This document shows, piece by piece, positions 8,472-17,683 of a stretch of 64,000 bases of DNA. The position numbers and the translations under genes were made by a program. How positions within the stretch are numbered: position 1 is the stretch's first letter; each line of letters begins with the position of its first letter. The DNA lies in the IMG/VR virus record IMGVR_UViG_3300032242_002041, positions 124,001 to 188,000 of that record. One strand, written 5' to 3'. The notes under the pieces are model-generated. The model saw nothing but the letters and a program-made list of their open reading frames with translations. It was not told where the DNA came from and made no database searches.

Positions 8472-9557
8472 CTAGGCGGATGCCTGCAAAATATACTTGC
8501 CATAGCGTTGATGAAACTCATCAAAGTTCTTGAGCTTGGTAGGCTGGAACGGTAAGTTGTATGTGGTAAGCGCAATTCTAGCACCCATTACAACCAACTC
8601 GGTTTCAAAGTTCTTCATCATATAACCAAAGAAGTTATCTGCCATTTCGTGGAACTGTTTGTCCGATACCTTGGCTTCGATAGCGGCCTTAAGCTCGTAA
8701 CACATACTGATCACTAGGCTGTACATGGCTGATACTTCTTTAACATTCAGCTCTTTCTCCTTGCCCGACAAGATGTCTTCTGGCTTGGGCATACGACCAG
8801 CAATCTTACGGTGTGCCATAAACTTAATAGCAAGTCCTTCGCCTACTGTGCCAGAGATCAAATTGGTAATTGTATCATCATCGCCTTCTTCGTCTTCTAG
8901 CAATTCACTCACAAATGACCATGAACGTGGTGTTGCAAAGGCACGACTTGCTGACTTAGCATCAAAATCATAGAGATCTTGTTTAGCGTAACTCAAGTAA
9001 CCAACCACGTCTTTATGGATGTTCTTGTTCACAGCCCACTCTTGCCAAGCGGCAAAGTCACATTTCATTTCTTGGTGAATGAAACGATTTGCCAGTGGAG
9101 TAGGCATACGATATGTAACACCTTTGTCACTCTCACGATTACCTGCGGCCACTAACACTACATTCTTAGGCAAAAAGTATTTGCCAATGCGTCGATTTAG
9201 AATCAACTGGTAAGCCGCGGCCTGTACACTAGGCGCAGATGAGTTCATCTCATCTAAAAACAATACCACGATTGGATACTGTGCGGCATACTCTTCGTCT
9301 GGCAAGTCAATTGGAGCCGCCCAGTCCATCTTACCTAATTCTTTATTGTAAAAAGGAATACCGCGAATGTCTGTGGGCTCCATTTGACCCAAACGAAGGT
9401 CGATCATCACTCCACCGAGTTCGGCGGTAATGTCTGCTACTAACTCACTTTTACCAATACCAGGAGGACCCCAGAGGAATAATGGGCGTTGTTTTTTGAA
9501 TGCTTTGAGTAGACTCTTGCGAGCTTGCACCGAAGTGACTGTTCTTGTTTCTGACAT
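8472..9557 (-). CDS. MoxR-like AAA+ ATPase
   Basis: Walker A GPPGIGKS, Walker B LFLDE, AAGNR, PLANRF. Confidence 0.9.
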   Translation of the reverse strand: MSETRTVTSVQARKSLLKAFKKQRPLFLWGPPGIGKSELVADITAELGGVMIDLRLGQMEPTDIRGIPFYNKELGKMDWAAPIDLPDEEYAAQYPIVVLFLDEMNSSAPSVQAAAYQLILNRRIGKYFLPKNVVLVAAGNRESDKGVTYRMPTPLANRFIHQEMKCDFAAWQEWAVNKNIHKDVVGYLSYAKQDLYDFDAKSASRAFATPRSWSFVSELLEDEEGDDDTITNLISGTVGEGLAIKFMAHRKIAGRMPKPEDILSGKEKELNVKEVSAMYSLVISMCYELKAAIEAKVSDKQFHEMADNFFGYMMKNFETELVVMGARIALTTYNLPFQPTKLKNFDEFHQRYGKYILQASA

Positions 9558-9604
9558 AAGGGCTGTGTCCTATAAATTGTGATTAAAATTAACTACTAAA
9601 CTAC

Positions 9605-9633
9605 ATTGTACTACAAAATAAATTACTGGTCAA
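9605..9633 (-). promoter_or_regulatory. Sigma70-type promoter
   Basis: TTGACC-17-TACAAT. Confidence 0.8.
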
Positions 9634-9841
9634 GTGCTACGGCCGCTTCGTAACCTTGTGCTTCTAAGATAATATCACGAACACATTCGCGGTCAATCGA
9701 GTCACCGCAGAATTCACCACCTGTTGTATATAGACGACACTTGTAAAGTTGGGTGGCTAGGTTAATTTGGGTAGCGGTAAAGCCATAATCATAGACGCCA
9801 TTAGGGCCATAAAATTCAAGCATATAACGAGTAAAGTCCAT
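9623..9841 (-). CDS. Hypothetical protein
   Basis: ORF track; AAGGAG SD upstream. Confidence 0.75.
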   Translation of the reverse strand: MDFTRYMLEFYGPNGVYDYGFTATQINLATQLYKCRLYTTGGEFCGDSIDRECVRDIILEAQGYEAAVALDQ

Positions 9842-9870
9842 TCTTGCTCCTTATTATTAACTATACAACT

Positions 9871-9899
9871 ATTATAGCAAATAAGGACTTTTTGGTCAA
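9871..9899 (-). promoter_or_regulatory. Sigma70-type promoter
   Basis: TTGACC-17-TATAAT. Confidence 0.85.
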
Positions 9900-11194
9900 C
9901 CAGCGTTTTTTGTGCTGTAGTGTAGGGCTTTTTCCAGCAGGATATCTGCCATTTCTTTGGATTTACTTTTTCTAGAAAATGGTTCAAGTTCTGGATTTGC
10001 TAGAAATATTTCACGACGAGACAAATACTGTTTACTGGTATTGGTTTGCTCTAATTGAGTAAATGCCGCGGTTAAATTTGTTTTTAGTTCGTCAACAATT
10101 AGATCAAAAAACTCTTGACTAAAAAAGTGTTTCTTATTGTACTCGGCTATGGCTTGAGCCTCGCGCATTTTTTGTTCTCGAAGCCATGGATGCCAGTTGG
10201 CAATCTGCTGCATAAGATGTGCAATCTTTGTTAAACGTTCTTCAGGATCTGTACACTCATCATAGCGTTCATCCCAAATCATTCCAAATGTTTTAAACCC
10301 GTAACTGCGTAAGTATTCTAAACTGCCTTGTGTACCCGCTAAAATAAATGGTTGGCCGCAGGCAATGGGTCTTAGACTTTTTTCAGTTAGGTGCAACCGA
10401 TTGTCATCAAACAAGGTTTCTAACACCACTTCTATATCTGTAGCCGCATAATCTTCAATGTCAAAGTCTGCACTATAACTACTGTGAGCGTCGCTAATAG
10501 GAAAGAAATTTTCTAATACAGTCCTGGGTCTCCATGCAGGATTATTAAATCGATGTATTTCGTAATGTATGTCTAGTTCAGGTTCAACAGGATTAACACT
10601 AGTACGACAATTGTCGGGTAACCCTAGTCTAATCAAATGCTCAGCAAACTTTAAACGATATTCTCTGGTTCCGGCCCACGCACGATTGTAAATTAAGAAT
10701 GTTTGATTGACTTGCTTACTTTGTTTAACATACTCAGCATACCTGAACCAGTCTCTAGCAATTATAGCATGACTCCAGTAGTAAACCGGAATGAACTGAC
10801 AGGATTGATATTGTTCAATGTCAACAGATCGTTTTTCACTGTGCAATAACAAGGCCTGATCCCATAATATAGCAACTTGCCCACGAAAATTAAATTTAGG
10901 AAATGTGATATTTTTTCTTTTGAGTATTTCTTGTACTTGGGCACTGGGTTGGCTGTGTCTGGCTATACATTCATTGTTGTTGTATAGCTCATAGTTTAAC
11001 GGTTCTTGATCGTTACAAAAAATTTCAGGACTTAGATATAGTTCGGATTCAGACAGGGGTTCTTTGGCAGAAATTATATTGTTAACATCTCTTGATCCGT
11101 GTGGATAAAAGAAATAAACAACGACCGAGTCTTGGTACACACTCTCGGCAACAGTTTTGATATATTGATAGAGTCGATCTAGTGGGATACTCAT
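9896..11194 (-). CDS. Putative glycosyltransferase (GT10/fucosyltransferase-like TEK motif family), paralog 1
   Basis: VVLETLF...HLTEKSLRPIACGQPFI...GFKTF...DERYD. Confidence 0.5.
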   Translation of the reverse strand: MSIPLDRLYQYIKTVAESVYQDSVVVYFFYPHGSRDVNNIISAKEPLSESELYLSPEIFCNDQEPLNYELYNNNECIARHSQPSAQVQEILKRKNITFPKFNFRGQVAILWDQALLLHSEKRSVDIEQYQSCQFIPVYYWSHAIIARDWFRYAEYVKQSKQVNQTFLIYNRAWAGTREYRLKFAEHLIRLGLPDNCRTSVNPVEPELDIHYEIHRFNNPAWRPRTVLENFFPISDAHSSYSADFDIEDYAATDIEVVLETLFDDNRLHLTEKSLRPIACGQPFILAGTQGSLEYLRSYGFKTFGMIWDERYDECTDPEERLTKIAHLMQQIANWHPWLREQKMREAQAIAEYNKKHFFSQEFFDLIVDELKTNLTAAFTQLEQTNTSKQYLSRREIFLANPELEPFSRKSKSKEMADILLEKALHYSTKNAG

Positions 11195-11219
11195 TGATTA
11201 CACAACTATTGCCTGTACA

Positions 11220-11537
11220 CTATCGGCCGCGACCAGCTGACCTAGTGGGTGGTTTTTTAGCAGGACCAGCTGAAGGTTTGACCTTGACTTTTTTTTCTAC
11301 TGTAGCTGTAGCATCACTACCGTCTACGTGAGTCTTGCCCTGTTTCTTTGCCAAGGCACGTGCTAGTGTTTCGGACATTTTTGACATTTTATCTTCCTCT
11401 TGTTTAGCGTATATACGATCTATCAAACCTAATAACTCTTTTTTTGTGAGAGTCTTGCCCCATCCCGCATCTTTGCTGACAGGCGCCATTGGGCGGCCGA
11501 CGGGTCTGCCTGGGTCTATGTTTTTCTTTATTACCAT
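11220..11537 (-). CDS. Basic low-complexity hypothetical protein
   Basis: ORF track; Lys/Arg-rich. Confidence 0.6.
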   Translation of the reverse strand: MVIKKNIDPGRPVGRPMAPVSKDAGWGKTLTKKELLGLIDRIYAKQEEDKMSKMSETLARALAKKQGKTHVDGSDATATVEKKVKVKPSAGPAKKPPTRSAGRGR

Positions 11538-11542
11538 ATTTT

Positions 11543-11618
11543 TGGTGCCCCCACCATGATTCGAACACGGGACAACCGGTTTACAAAACCGGTGCTCTAC
11601 CAGCTGAGCTATAGGGGC
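11543..11618 (-). tRNA. tRNA-Thr(TGT)
   Basis: Cloverleaf GCCCCTA...TGGGGGC-ACCA; anticodon loop TT-TGT-AA; GTTCGAATC T-loop. Confidence 0.95.
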
Positions 11619-11626
11619 ATACTACT

Positions 11627-11842
11627 TCATTCCGTTACTGTTTCTACTACTGGTGCACGATAACTAGGACGACTTTTCATCACAGCGATCCTGCGTTGAA
11701 TTTTTGGTGCGGTCTTTTTACGGGCCGTGGCCAATAACTTTTCTAACTGTGCTACATTTAATGGACCCAAGCGTTCTCGACCATTTTTGGTACGCATTGG
11801 ATCTGCCCGACGACTTTTTTGATTTCCACCTTTGGCTGCCAT
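11627..11842 (-). CDS. Small basic hypothetical protein
   Basis: ORF track; SD AAGGA. Confidence 0.7.
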   Translation of the reverse strand: MAAKGGNQKSRRADPMRTKNGRERLGPLNVAQLEKLLATARKKTAPKIQRRIAVMKSRPSYRAPVVETVTE

Positions 11843-11898
11843 GTTGTTTCCTTATGTTATCTTTTACTTATTTGTAGCAATACATAAGATTAAAATTC

Positions 11899-11991
11899 TG
11901 GAGGAGGGCTAGGGATTCGAACCCTAGATGGACTGTTAAGGCCCATGTCCGCTTAGTAGGCGGATGCCTTCGACCGCTCGGCCAGCCCTCC
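11899..11991 (-). tRNA. tRNA-Ser(ACT), long variable arm
   Basis: Stem TCCGC/GCGGA with loop CT-ACT-AA; long variable arm; encoded CCA; U73. Confidence 0.85.
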
Positions 11992-11999
11992 CAAAATCG

Positions 12000-12164
12000 T
12001 TACTTGTTTAGAAATATGCCTTGTTTAAAGGCCTTAATTTTAGCGTGGGTGCTTTTGTTTGCAGCCATAATGCTACGACTGGCTTCGGCTCGTTTTTCGC
12101 TCTTGCTCCATTGTCCTGCTAGAGTGCGACTGAGTTCACTTGCTGTTTGTTGTGCTTTTGCCAT
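12000..12164 (-). CDS. Small basic hypothetical protein (54 aa)
   Basis: Manual translation MAKAQQTASELSRTLAGQWSKSEKRAEASRSIMAANKSTHAKIKAFKQGIFLNK. Confidence 0.7.
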   Translation of the reverse strand: MAKAQQTASELSRTLAGQWSKSEKRAEASRSIMAANKSTHAKIKAFKQGIFLNK

Positions 12165-12165
12165 G

Positions 12166-12393
12166 TTATTTTACCTTTGCCAAGTAGTCAATCAAACTAA
12201 CCTGCCCTGCTTGTATTTCGTAGAGTGCATCTACGCAGGTTACATAACGGGTAGTATCTTCGCGATGAATACGCTTGAGTTCACGTAGGCGTTGTGCGCC
12301 AATTAGCACCATATCATAGCGTCCGCCGCCGGCTTGTTGAACACACTTTTCCATATTGATCTCTGGTCCACGACTTGCGATTCTTGGTTTCAT
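12166..12393 (-). CDS. rpoZ: RNA polymerase omega subunit homolog
   Basis: GRYDMVLIGAQRLREL matches RpoZ (S/N)RY.LV...A.RAR.L; 75 aa. Confidence 0.75.
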   Translation of the reverse strand: MKPRIASRGPEINMEKCVQQAGGGRYDMVLIGAQRLRELKRIHREDTTRYVTCVDALYEIQAGQVSLIDYLAKVK

Positions 12394-12416
12394 GATCTCT
12401 CCTGTTTTAAAAGTAT

Positions 12417-12445
12417 ATTATACAGCATAATTTGGTAGTTGTCAA
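12417..12445 (-). promoter_or_regulatory. Sigma70-type promoter
   Basis: TTGACA-17-TATAAT. Confidence 0.9.
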
Positions 12446-13572
12446 TTGAATTCTATTGCATTGAATTTAGAAATTGCTCGATCTTGATACCATTGATATA
12501 GTGTGGTTTGAGCAACTGCAATATTCTGTCCAAAACGAGTTTTACACAACTGCCATTTTTGTTTTACATAATCCAAATCCGTTAGTAATTGGCGGTTAGT
12601 TTCGATGGCAGCAACAACACGGTCAATTGGATTGGCAATCGTGTCATAGCTGTGATCAACAATGTCGTCAAACAGGTCAAATCCAACCTGTCGTAAGTGT
12701 TCAACTGCTCCTACTCCGCTCAGTAATATGGGAAAATTGCACCCGTACACACTGTTTAAAAATTTTTCGGTAATCATAAAACTTGGAGATTCAAATGAGC
12801 TTTCAGAAACAACTTCTACAAAACTATGTTGATATCGATTGCGTAGTTTGTTATTAAAATTTGCTACATTGTCGAATATAATATTGGTGTTATAAATTTC
12901 ATAGTTGTCAGTGATCAGTTGTTGATTTTGATTTATTTTTTGGTACCCATTGGCCAATACCTGTGTAAGTTCACTGTGCCTTTCGTCAAACTGCCAAGAA
13001 ATATAATCAAGAAATTCAGACTTTGGATGTTGATCTAAATATGAAATGTCGCCGTACTGATCATAACCCATTCCAAATAGATAACTTAGCAATACAATAC
13101 GATGTGATCTAGCGTGCCTGTTTAGGCTAATAAATGTGTGAGTGGATTTAAAATTTTTGTCCAGTACTGGATTTAGTGTAGGGTAGGAGTTGGACTGATT
13201 AGTAACGTCTCCTCCCCATGGCACAAATTGTATATTGCTATTAGTTGTTTCTAAACTAGCATTTTCAAGACTGGTAAAAATAATAAATGTTTTGCGCGAA
13301 TTCCTTTGCGCTAGATTGTTTAACAAATCAATTCCAGCATTGGCTGCGTCATTCCAATAATTGTATTCAACACCAAGATTTAATAAATCCTTAATCCCAA
13401 GTATTACATTAGACTTTGTAGGTTGTAATGTAGATAAAAAGGTTTTAAATTTTTCAAGATTGCTGGTCCAAATATAATATGCTTCATAGTCGCAATCAAC
13501 TTGGGATAATACATTTTGAAATAGGTCGTAGGTAAAATTATCGCTAGGTCCTCTACTGACAGTAGTAATCAT
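12442..13572 (-). CDS. Putative glycosyltransferase (TEK motif family), paralog 2
   Basis: VVSESSF...ITEKF...FPI...GFDLFDDIVDHSYD. Confidence 0.5.
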   Translation of the reverse strand: MITTVSRGPSDNFTYDLFQNVLSQVDCDYEAYYIWTSNLEKFKTFLSTLQPTKSNVILGIKDLLNLGVEYNYWNDAANAGIDLLNNLAQRNSRKTFIIFTSLENASLETTNSNIQFVPWGGDVTNQSNSYPTLNPVLDKNFKSTHTFISLNRHARSHRIVLLSYLFGMGYDQYGDISYLDQHPKSEFLDYISWQFDERHSELTQVLANGYQKINQNQQLITDNYEIYNTNIIFDNVANFNNKLRNRYQHSFVEVVSESSFESPSFMITEKFLNSVYGCNFPILLSGVGAVEHLRQVGFDLFDDIVDHSYDTIANPIDRVVAAIETNRQLLTDLDYVKQKWQLCKTRFGQNIAVAQTTLYQWYQDRAISKFNAIEFN

Positions 13573-14198
13573 TGTGGGCCCCTAACTGCAAACCAATCGT
13601 GGTATAGCGTTTTGGCAGCATCAACATCGGGTGTCAACGACATTTCTTGAGTAATTTTTAAGTATTCAACAACAAAATTATCTACCGATTCAAGCATACT
13701 AGTTAAATTGATTGGTTTCATTGAGTACTTTGTTTTTAGTTGGTTTAAATTGGATAACTCGACCTTGTAGGTTGGTCGATAGGTGTAATGTAATTTTTTT
13801 TGATTATCGAGAACCCATGGCAAAAACTTATCGTCTAATTCAACGTAATAAAAATCATGATCTGTGCTGGAGATATGCTGCTCAAGATCTAAAAATTCAG
13901 CCGGGTGTATTGCATAGGCTATATGAGAAAACGGTTTAGAAAATAATGTATTAAAATAATTGTATAGCTCACGATTATAAAAATCTGGCCACACTCTATG
14001 AAACTCCTGCCAATTGGGATAGCAGTCAGAGACCTTAGAAAAAGAATAATGCTCGGCTCTACTATTAAATTTAGGGATTTCTCCATCAATAAGATTTTGT
14101 AGGGTAACCTGAGGTATTGTTTCTGGACTCAAACTGAATAGTCTGGTTAGAAAGTTGCCAGCGTGTCCGGGCATATACAGGATAAAAATATGTTTCAC
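13569..14198 (-). CDS. Hypothetical protein, possible sulfotransferase/P-loop-like fold
   Basis: N-terminal ILYMPGHAGNFL; TATAAATA at 14205-14212. Confidence 0.5.
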   Translation of the reverse strand: MKHIFILYMPGHAGNFLTRLFSLSPETIPQVTLQNLIDGEIPKFNSRAEHYSFSKVSDCYPNWQEFHRVWPDFYNRELYNYFNTLFSKPFSHIAYAIHPAEFLDLEQHISSTDHDFYYVELDDKFLPWVLDNQKKLHYTYRPTYKVELSNLNQLKTKYSMKPINLTSMLESVDNFVVEYLKITQEMSLTPDVDAAKTLYHDWFAVRGPQ

Positions 14199-14204
14199 GT
14201 TGGA

Positions 14205-14235
14205 TATTTATAATACCATATAGAGCATATAAATA
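14205..14235. promoter_or_regulatory. Back-to-back T4-like late promoters (TATAAATA on both strands)
   Basis: tatttata 14205-14212 (-) and TATAAATA 14228-14235 (+), each 6-9 nt from a start codon. Confidence 0.65.
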
Positions 14236-14244
14236 TTACTATAT

Positions 14245-14856
14245 ATGTCACAGCCAATTAGAAAAATCAAGCTGCCGCCTCCATCGGCAAAATTAATTGC
14301 TATGTTTAAAGAAGTAGCAGAAAGCAATCTGGTACCACAACCATTGGCAGAACCAAATTTAGCAATAAATTCAACATTTACCTTTGCATCACAGGAAATT
14401 AACCGCCAAGTACAACTTGAATATCTACAGTATATTCCTAATACCAAATTTAGAGCTTTTTTTGGTGTGATGAAAAACACAATGCCTGGTCATCCAAGCT
14501 CTATATCGCCACATACAGACCGTCGTAGGTTGATGTCGTTAAATTACTACATTGACCTGGGCGGCTCTGCTGTTGAAACAGTGTTTTATACTTTTCGTCA
14601 AAATTTTTTTGATGCACGTAAAAGCACACAATTGACGTATTTGAAAGCAGGAAAAAAAACAAAATCTGTAATACTTGATCAAGGATGGTATGCGTTCGAC
14701 GGGGACTTAGCACACAGCGTAGAAAATATTCTTACTACTCGAACTATATTATCATTGAGAATTGTCGAAGGTGACACTGACGAAAACTCAGTTAATAAAT
14801 ATGGCCTGTCAGATTTAATTCGAGATTATCCAGAACTCATTGGCGAGGAAATCTGA
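14245..14856 (+). CDS. 2OG-Fe(II) oxygenase-like (DSBH) protein
   Basis: PHTD (HxD) ... AHSV distal His. Confidence 0.6.
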   Translation: MSQPIRKIKLPPPSAKLIAMFKEVAESNLVPQPLAEPNLAINSTFTFASQEINRQVQLEYLQYIPNTKFRAFFGVMKNTMPGHPSSISPHTDRRRLMSLNYYIDLGGSAVETVFYTFRQNFFDARKSTQLTYLKAGKKTKSVILDQGWYAFDGDLAHSVENILTTRTILSLRIVEGDTDENSVNKYGLSDLIRDYPELIGEEI

Positions 14857-15557
14857 GCCAATACAAGCTGGGCAAAGTTTTTATTAGTAGCTACACCAGA
14901 ATGGAATAAATCTCTTGCCAAATCGACTCTTGAGGTCATAAAGTATTCGGCATTTATTATTTTAAGTTCAATGCCAGCAGTATTACATAATTGCGTTATT
15001 GCCAGTGCATTTTTTGCCGCATTCATTTCTGAGTTTAAATCGTTGAGTATCCATTTTCTATAAAACGGTCTTAGCTCTGCAGGAATAACATTATTTCTTA
15101 ATGTGTCAACATTACATCGTATTAACATATCTTCGTCGATAACTTCGATTCTTCTAATGTTTGGACGACACAGGATAACAAGTTTTGGTTTTATCTTGTC
15201 TAACCAATAATATGCTAATCTAAAAGCAGTATCATTGGAACACCCAGGCATTCCAAGATTGTAATTTTTTAATTTTATTTCGGTTGACACCAAATGTGTC
15301 CAGGTCTTCTCTAGAGGTAATCCGACTCCAAATGTATGGCTGCATCCTAAAAACATCACCGACGGTTCGGCATTGGTAAACTCAGCACATCGAAAACCAT
15401 AACTATTAAGTTTGTAAGTAAATGCAGCATTGAGCCACCCGTTAGCTTCAAGCTCGTGGTACCTTGATTCTAAATGCTTGTTATAAAATTCAACAGAATC
15501 CATGGCAATCCAGGAAAGCTCTTGTCCAGCAAGATTAGAATAAAGACTACGATGCAT
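14826..15557 (-). CDS. SGNH/GDSL-like hydrolase or acyltransferase
   Basis: FLGCSHTFG, NLGMPGCSN, DLFH. Confidence 0.65.
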   Translation of the reverse strand: MHRSLYSNLAGQELSWIAMDSVEFYNKHLESRYHELEANGWLNAAFTYKLNSYGFRCAEFTNAEPSVMFLGCSHTFGVGLPLEKTWTHLVSTEIKLKNYNLGMPGCSNDTAFRLAYYWLDKIKPKLVILCRPNIRRIEVIDEDMLIRCNVDTLRNNVIPAELRPFYRKWILNDLNSEMNAAKNALAITQLCNTAGIELKIINAEYFMTSRVDLARDLFHSGVATNKNFAQLVLAQISSPMSSG

Positions 15558-15564
15558 TATGGGT

Positions 15565-16677
15565 TTAAAATGTTAGTGGATAATATTTTGATCGAATCAT
15601 TGGTATAGCAAACAAATTGTCGGTGGTCATTCCAAAGTATTTTCCAGCCGAATCGTGATAGACATTTAACATTGATTTAACATAATCTTTAAACCATTTA
15701 GTATCTCTAGCACTATCAAACACTTCTTTACTTTGGCCTTGAAGCCTAGCTGTAGTGTAGTCGTTAGGATTATCAACTATCAACTTACAACCCCAATTGG
15801 CTATGTGTGGGTTTTTGCTGTTGGCCAAATCGCCATACCTTCCGGAGGCCAGGCTATATTCTAACCAATCAAATTTAATTGGACTGTGTAAATCATTGTA
15901 GTCAGCTAGATCTCTTGCATCTCGAGCATTAGGATGCTTGTTTTTTATATATTTAAACAGCATGTAGGATTGCTTGACATGTAATTCTGGTAAATCTGAA
16001 GTAAGGAAAAAGCATTCCATGCTAGGGCAATTCATTGGCCTAACATAATTGATATCATCTTGAAAACTATATACTCGGCCGTCTTCATCAAACTGTAATC
16101 TAGGCTTTTCGTATCCAATAATGGACATCACATCTCGGCCCATCATTGTGCATATTTTGTCATGCTCTACTTTCATGCCGCCATGCAAGTTAAATGTATA
16201 ACGTTCTGCTGTGTCCCAAATCCAATCTTCAGAGTGATACTTTTTTTCTAAAAATCCTAACTCTTCGTCGTCAACCATGATTTGACAATGGGGATCGTAC
16301 AGTCCTTTGTCAAAAAATTCATATACTTGACGATACTGTGATTGATATCTCTCGCCTTTTCTAACTCTGGTATACAGCATATCAATGTGTATATTATTGC
16401 GTTCAAATACTTTGTAAATGGTGTAGGCATCTGTGCCGCCACTGAAGTGTAGAACAATTGGTTTGTCTTGTGCTCTTGCTTTTTCAGCAACTTGGTGAGC
16501 TCGTATATCTAATAAACTATCCCAGCTGAGACTGGGCTCAACTGCCCAATTGACTGCATCAAACGCTGATTCAAAAAGATTGAATTTTATTTTTTGATTG
16601 GTTTTGTATGCGTAATTGGCAGCTTGAAATTTATTGAGAAAAAATTGATTGCCAACTTGATAGTGCATTTCATTCAT
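15565..16677 (-). CDS. PP-loop (adenine nucleotide alpha hydrolase-like) enzyme, paralog A
   Basis: LHFSGGTD, IIGYEKP, SDLPELHVKQ; start refined to MNEMHYQVG. Confidence 0.7.
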   Translation of the reverse strand: MNEMHYQVGNQFFLNKFQAANYAYKTNQKIKFNLFESAFDAVNWAVEPSLSWDSLLDIRAHQVAEKARAQDKPIVLHFSGGTDAYTIYKVFERNNIHIDMLYTRVRKGERYQSQYRQVYEFFDKGLYDPHCQIMVDDEELGFLEKKYHSEDWIWDTAERYTFNLHGGMKVEHDKICTMMGRDVMSIIGYEKPRLQFDEDGRVYSFQDDINYVRPMNCPSMECFFLTSDLPELHVKQSYMLFKYIKNKHPNARDARDLADYNDLHSPIKFDWLEYSLASGRYGDLANSKNPHIANWGCKLIVDNPNDYTTARLQGQSKEVFDSARDTKWFKDYVKSMLNVYHDSAGKYFGMTTDNLFAIPMIRSKYYPLTF

Positions 16678-16732
16678 AAAAATACTTATGCTGGGCATAA
16701 TTTTGATAATTAAATATATCCCCGGAGAAAAC

Positions 16733-17683
16733 ATGAAATATTTACTATTACTGTTGGCATTAATGGCGCCAATTATTGCCAATGCATTTGAGCCGCAAAA
16801 AAATCCTATTCAAATTGTTGTTTCGGCAGCACCAGGCGGCCCGGCTGACCAATTTGCCAGACTGTTTTCAGAATTTTTAACAACCCGTGGATATCCTGCT
16901 ACGGTAGTTAACAAACCAGGCGCTAATCGTACCTTGGGTGGTAATTATATCGAGTCCATTCCAGGTAATAATTATACCTTAATAGTTGGCACCAAATCAG
17001 ATTCCTTAATTAACACCATTGTAAAACCAGCTGGAATTCGATATAACGAAACAACATACACCCCGCTGGGAATGATTGGTTATGATTCCAACGTTTTCCT
17101 AATTAATAAATCACAAATACACAGCAGAGATATTACCATGTTCTTAGAAGAATATCGAGTCAACAACAAAAAAATTAATTTTGGTGTTCCTGGAATAGTT
17201 GCCGAGCTTGCTATCAGGGATTTTGTGCGGCCAACAGGCATAGAACCAACTATCTTACAATTTAAATCTTCCTCCGAAGTCACTGCCGCAGTGGCCGCAG
17301 GAACTGTACAAGTAGGAGTAAACGAGCTCACGGCATCGTTGCCTATGATTCGTTCAGGGTATGTTGGTGCGTTGGCAATTACAGCCCCACTAGGATCCAT
17401 TCATAGAAGTCCAAGTTTGCCTAATATTGAAGTAGTTCAAGAAGTTAATAAAAAATTTAATCGACACCACAATCAATGGTTTGGATTTTTTGGTCCTCAT
17501 GACATGAAACCTGAGGCTGTTAAATTTTACTCTGATATGATTGTTGCGTGGCAAACAGATCCTGTTGCTAAGGAAAAAATAGCCTTGCTAATTAATCCTA
17601 AAATAATGAACTCTCAGCAGTTTGAATCGTTCTATAGAGATCAGTTCGTGCAAGCCAAGAAGCTACTGCAAACCAGTGAATGA
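16733..17683 (+). CDS. Bug/TctC tripartite tricarboxylate transporter substrate-binding protein
   Basis: Signal peptide MKYLLLLLALMAPIIANA; APGGPAD, VVNKPGA, QWFGFFGP. Confidence 0.8.
   Translation: MKYLLLLLALMAPIIANAFEPQKNPIQIVVSAAPGGPADQFARLFSEFLTTRGYPATVVNKPGANRTLGGNYIESIPGNNYTLIVGTKSDSLINTIVKPAGIRYNETTYTPLGMIGYDSNVFLINKSQIHSRDITMFLEEYRVNNKKINFGVPGIVAELAIRDFVRPTGIEPTILQFKSSSEVTAAVAAGTVQVGVNELTASLPMIRSGYVGALAITAPLGSIHRSPSLPNIEVVQEVNKKFNRHHNQWFGFFGPHDMKPEAVKFYSDMIVAWQTDPVAKEKIALLINPKIMNSQQFESFYRDQFVQAKKLLQTSE

Noticed and set aside
11899-11991. Selenocysteine tRNA interpretation (possible 8-bp acceptor with an extra G-U pair)
   Set aside because: The anticodon is ACT rather than TCA, and the D-arm is Ser-type.
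15565-16677. Calling the PP-loop paralogs QueC
   Set aside because: They have SGGxD but lack the QueC C-terminal Zn motif (CxxCxxC), are much longer, and are not in the que cluster.
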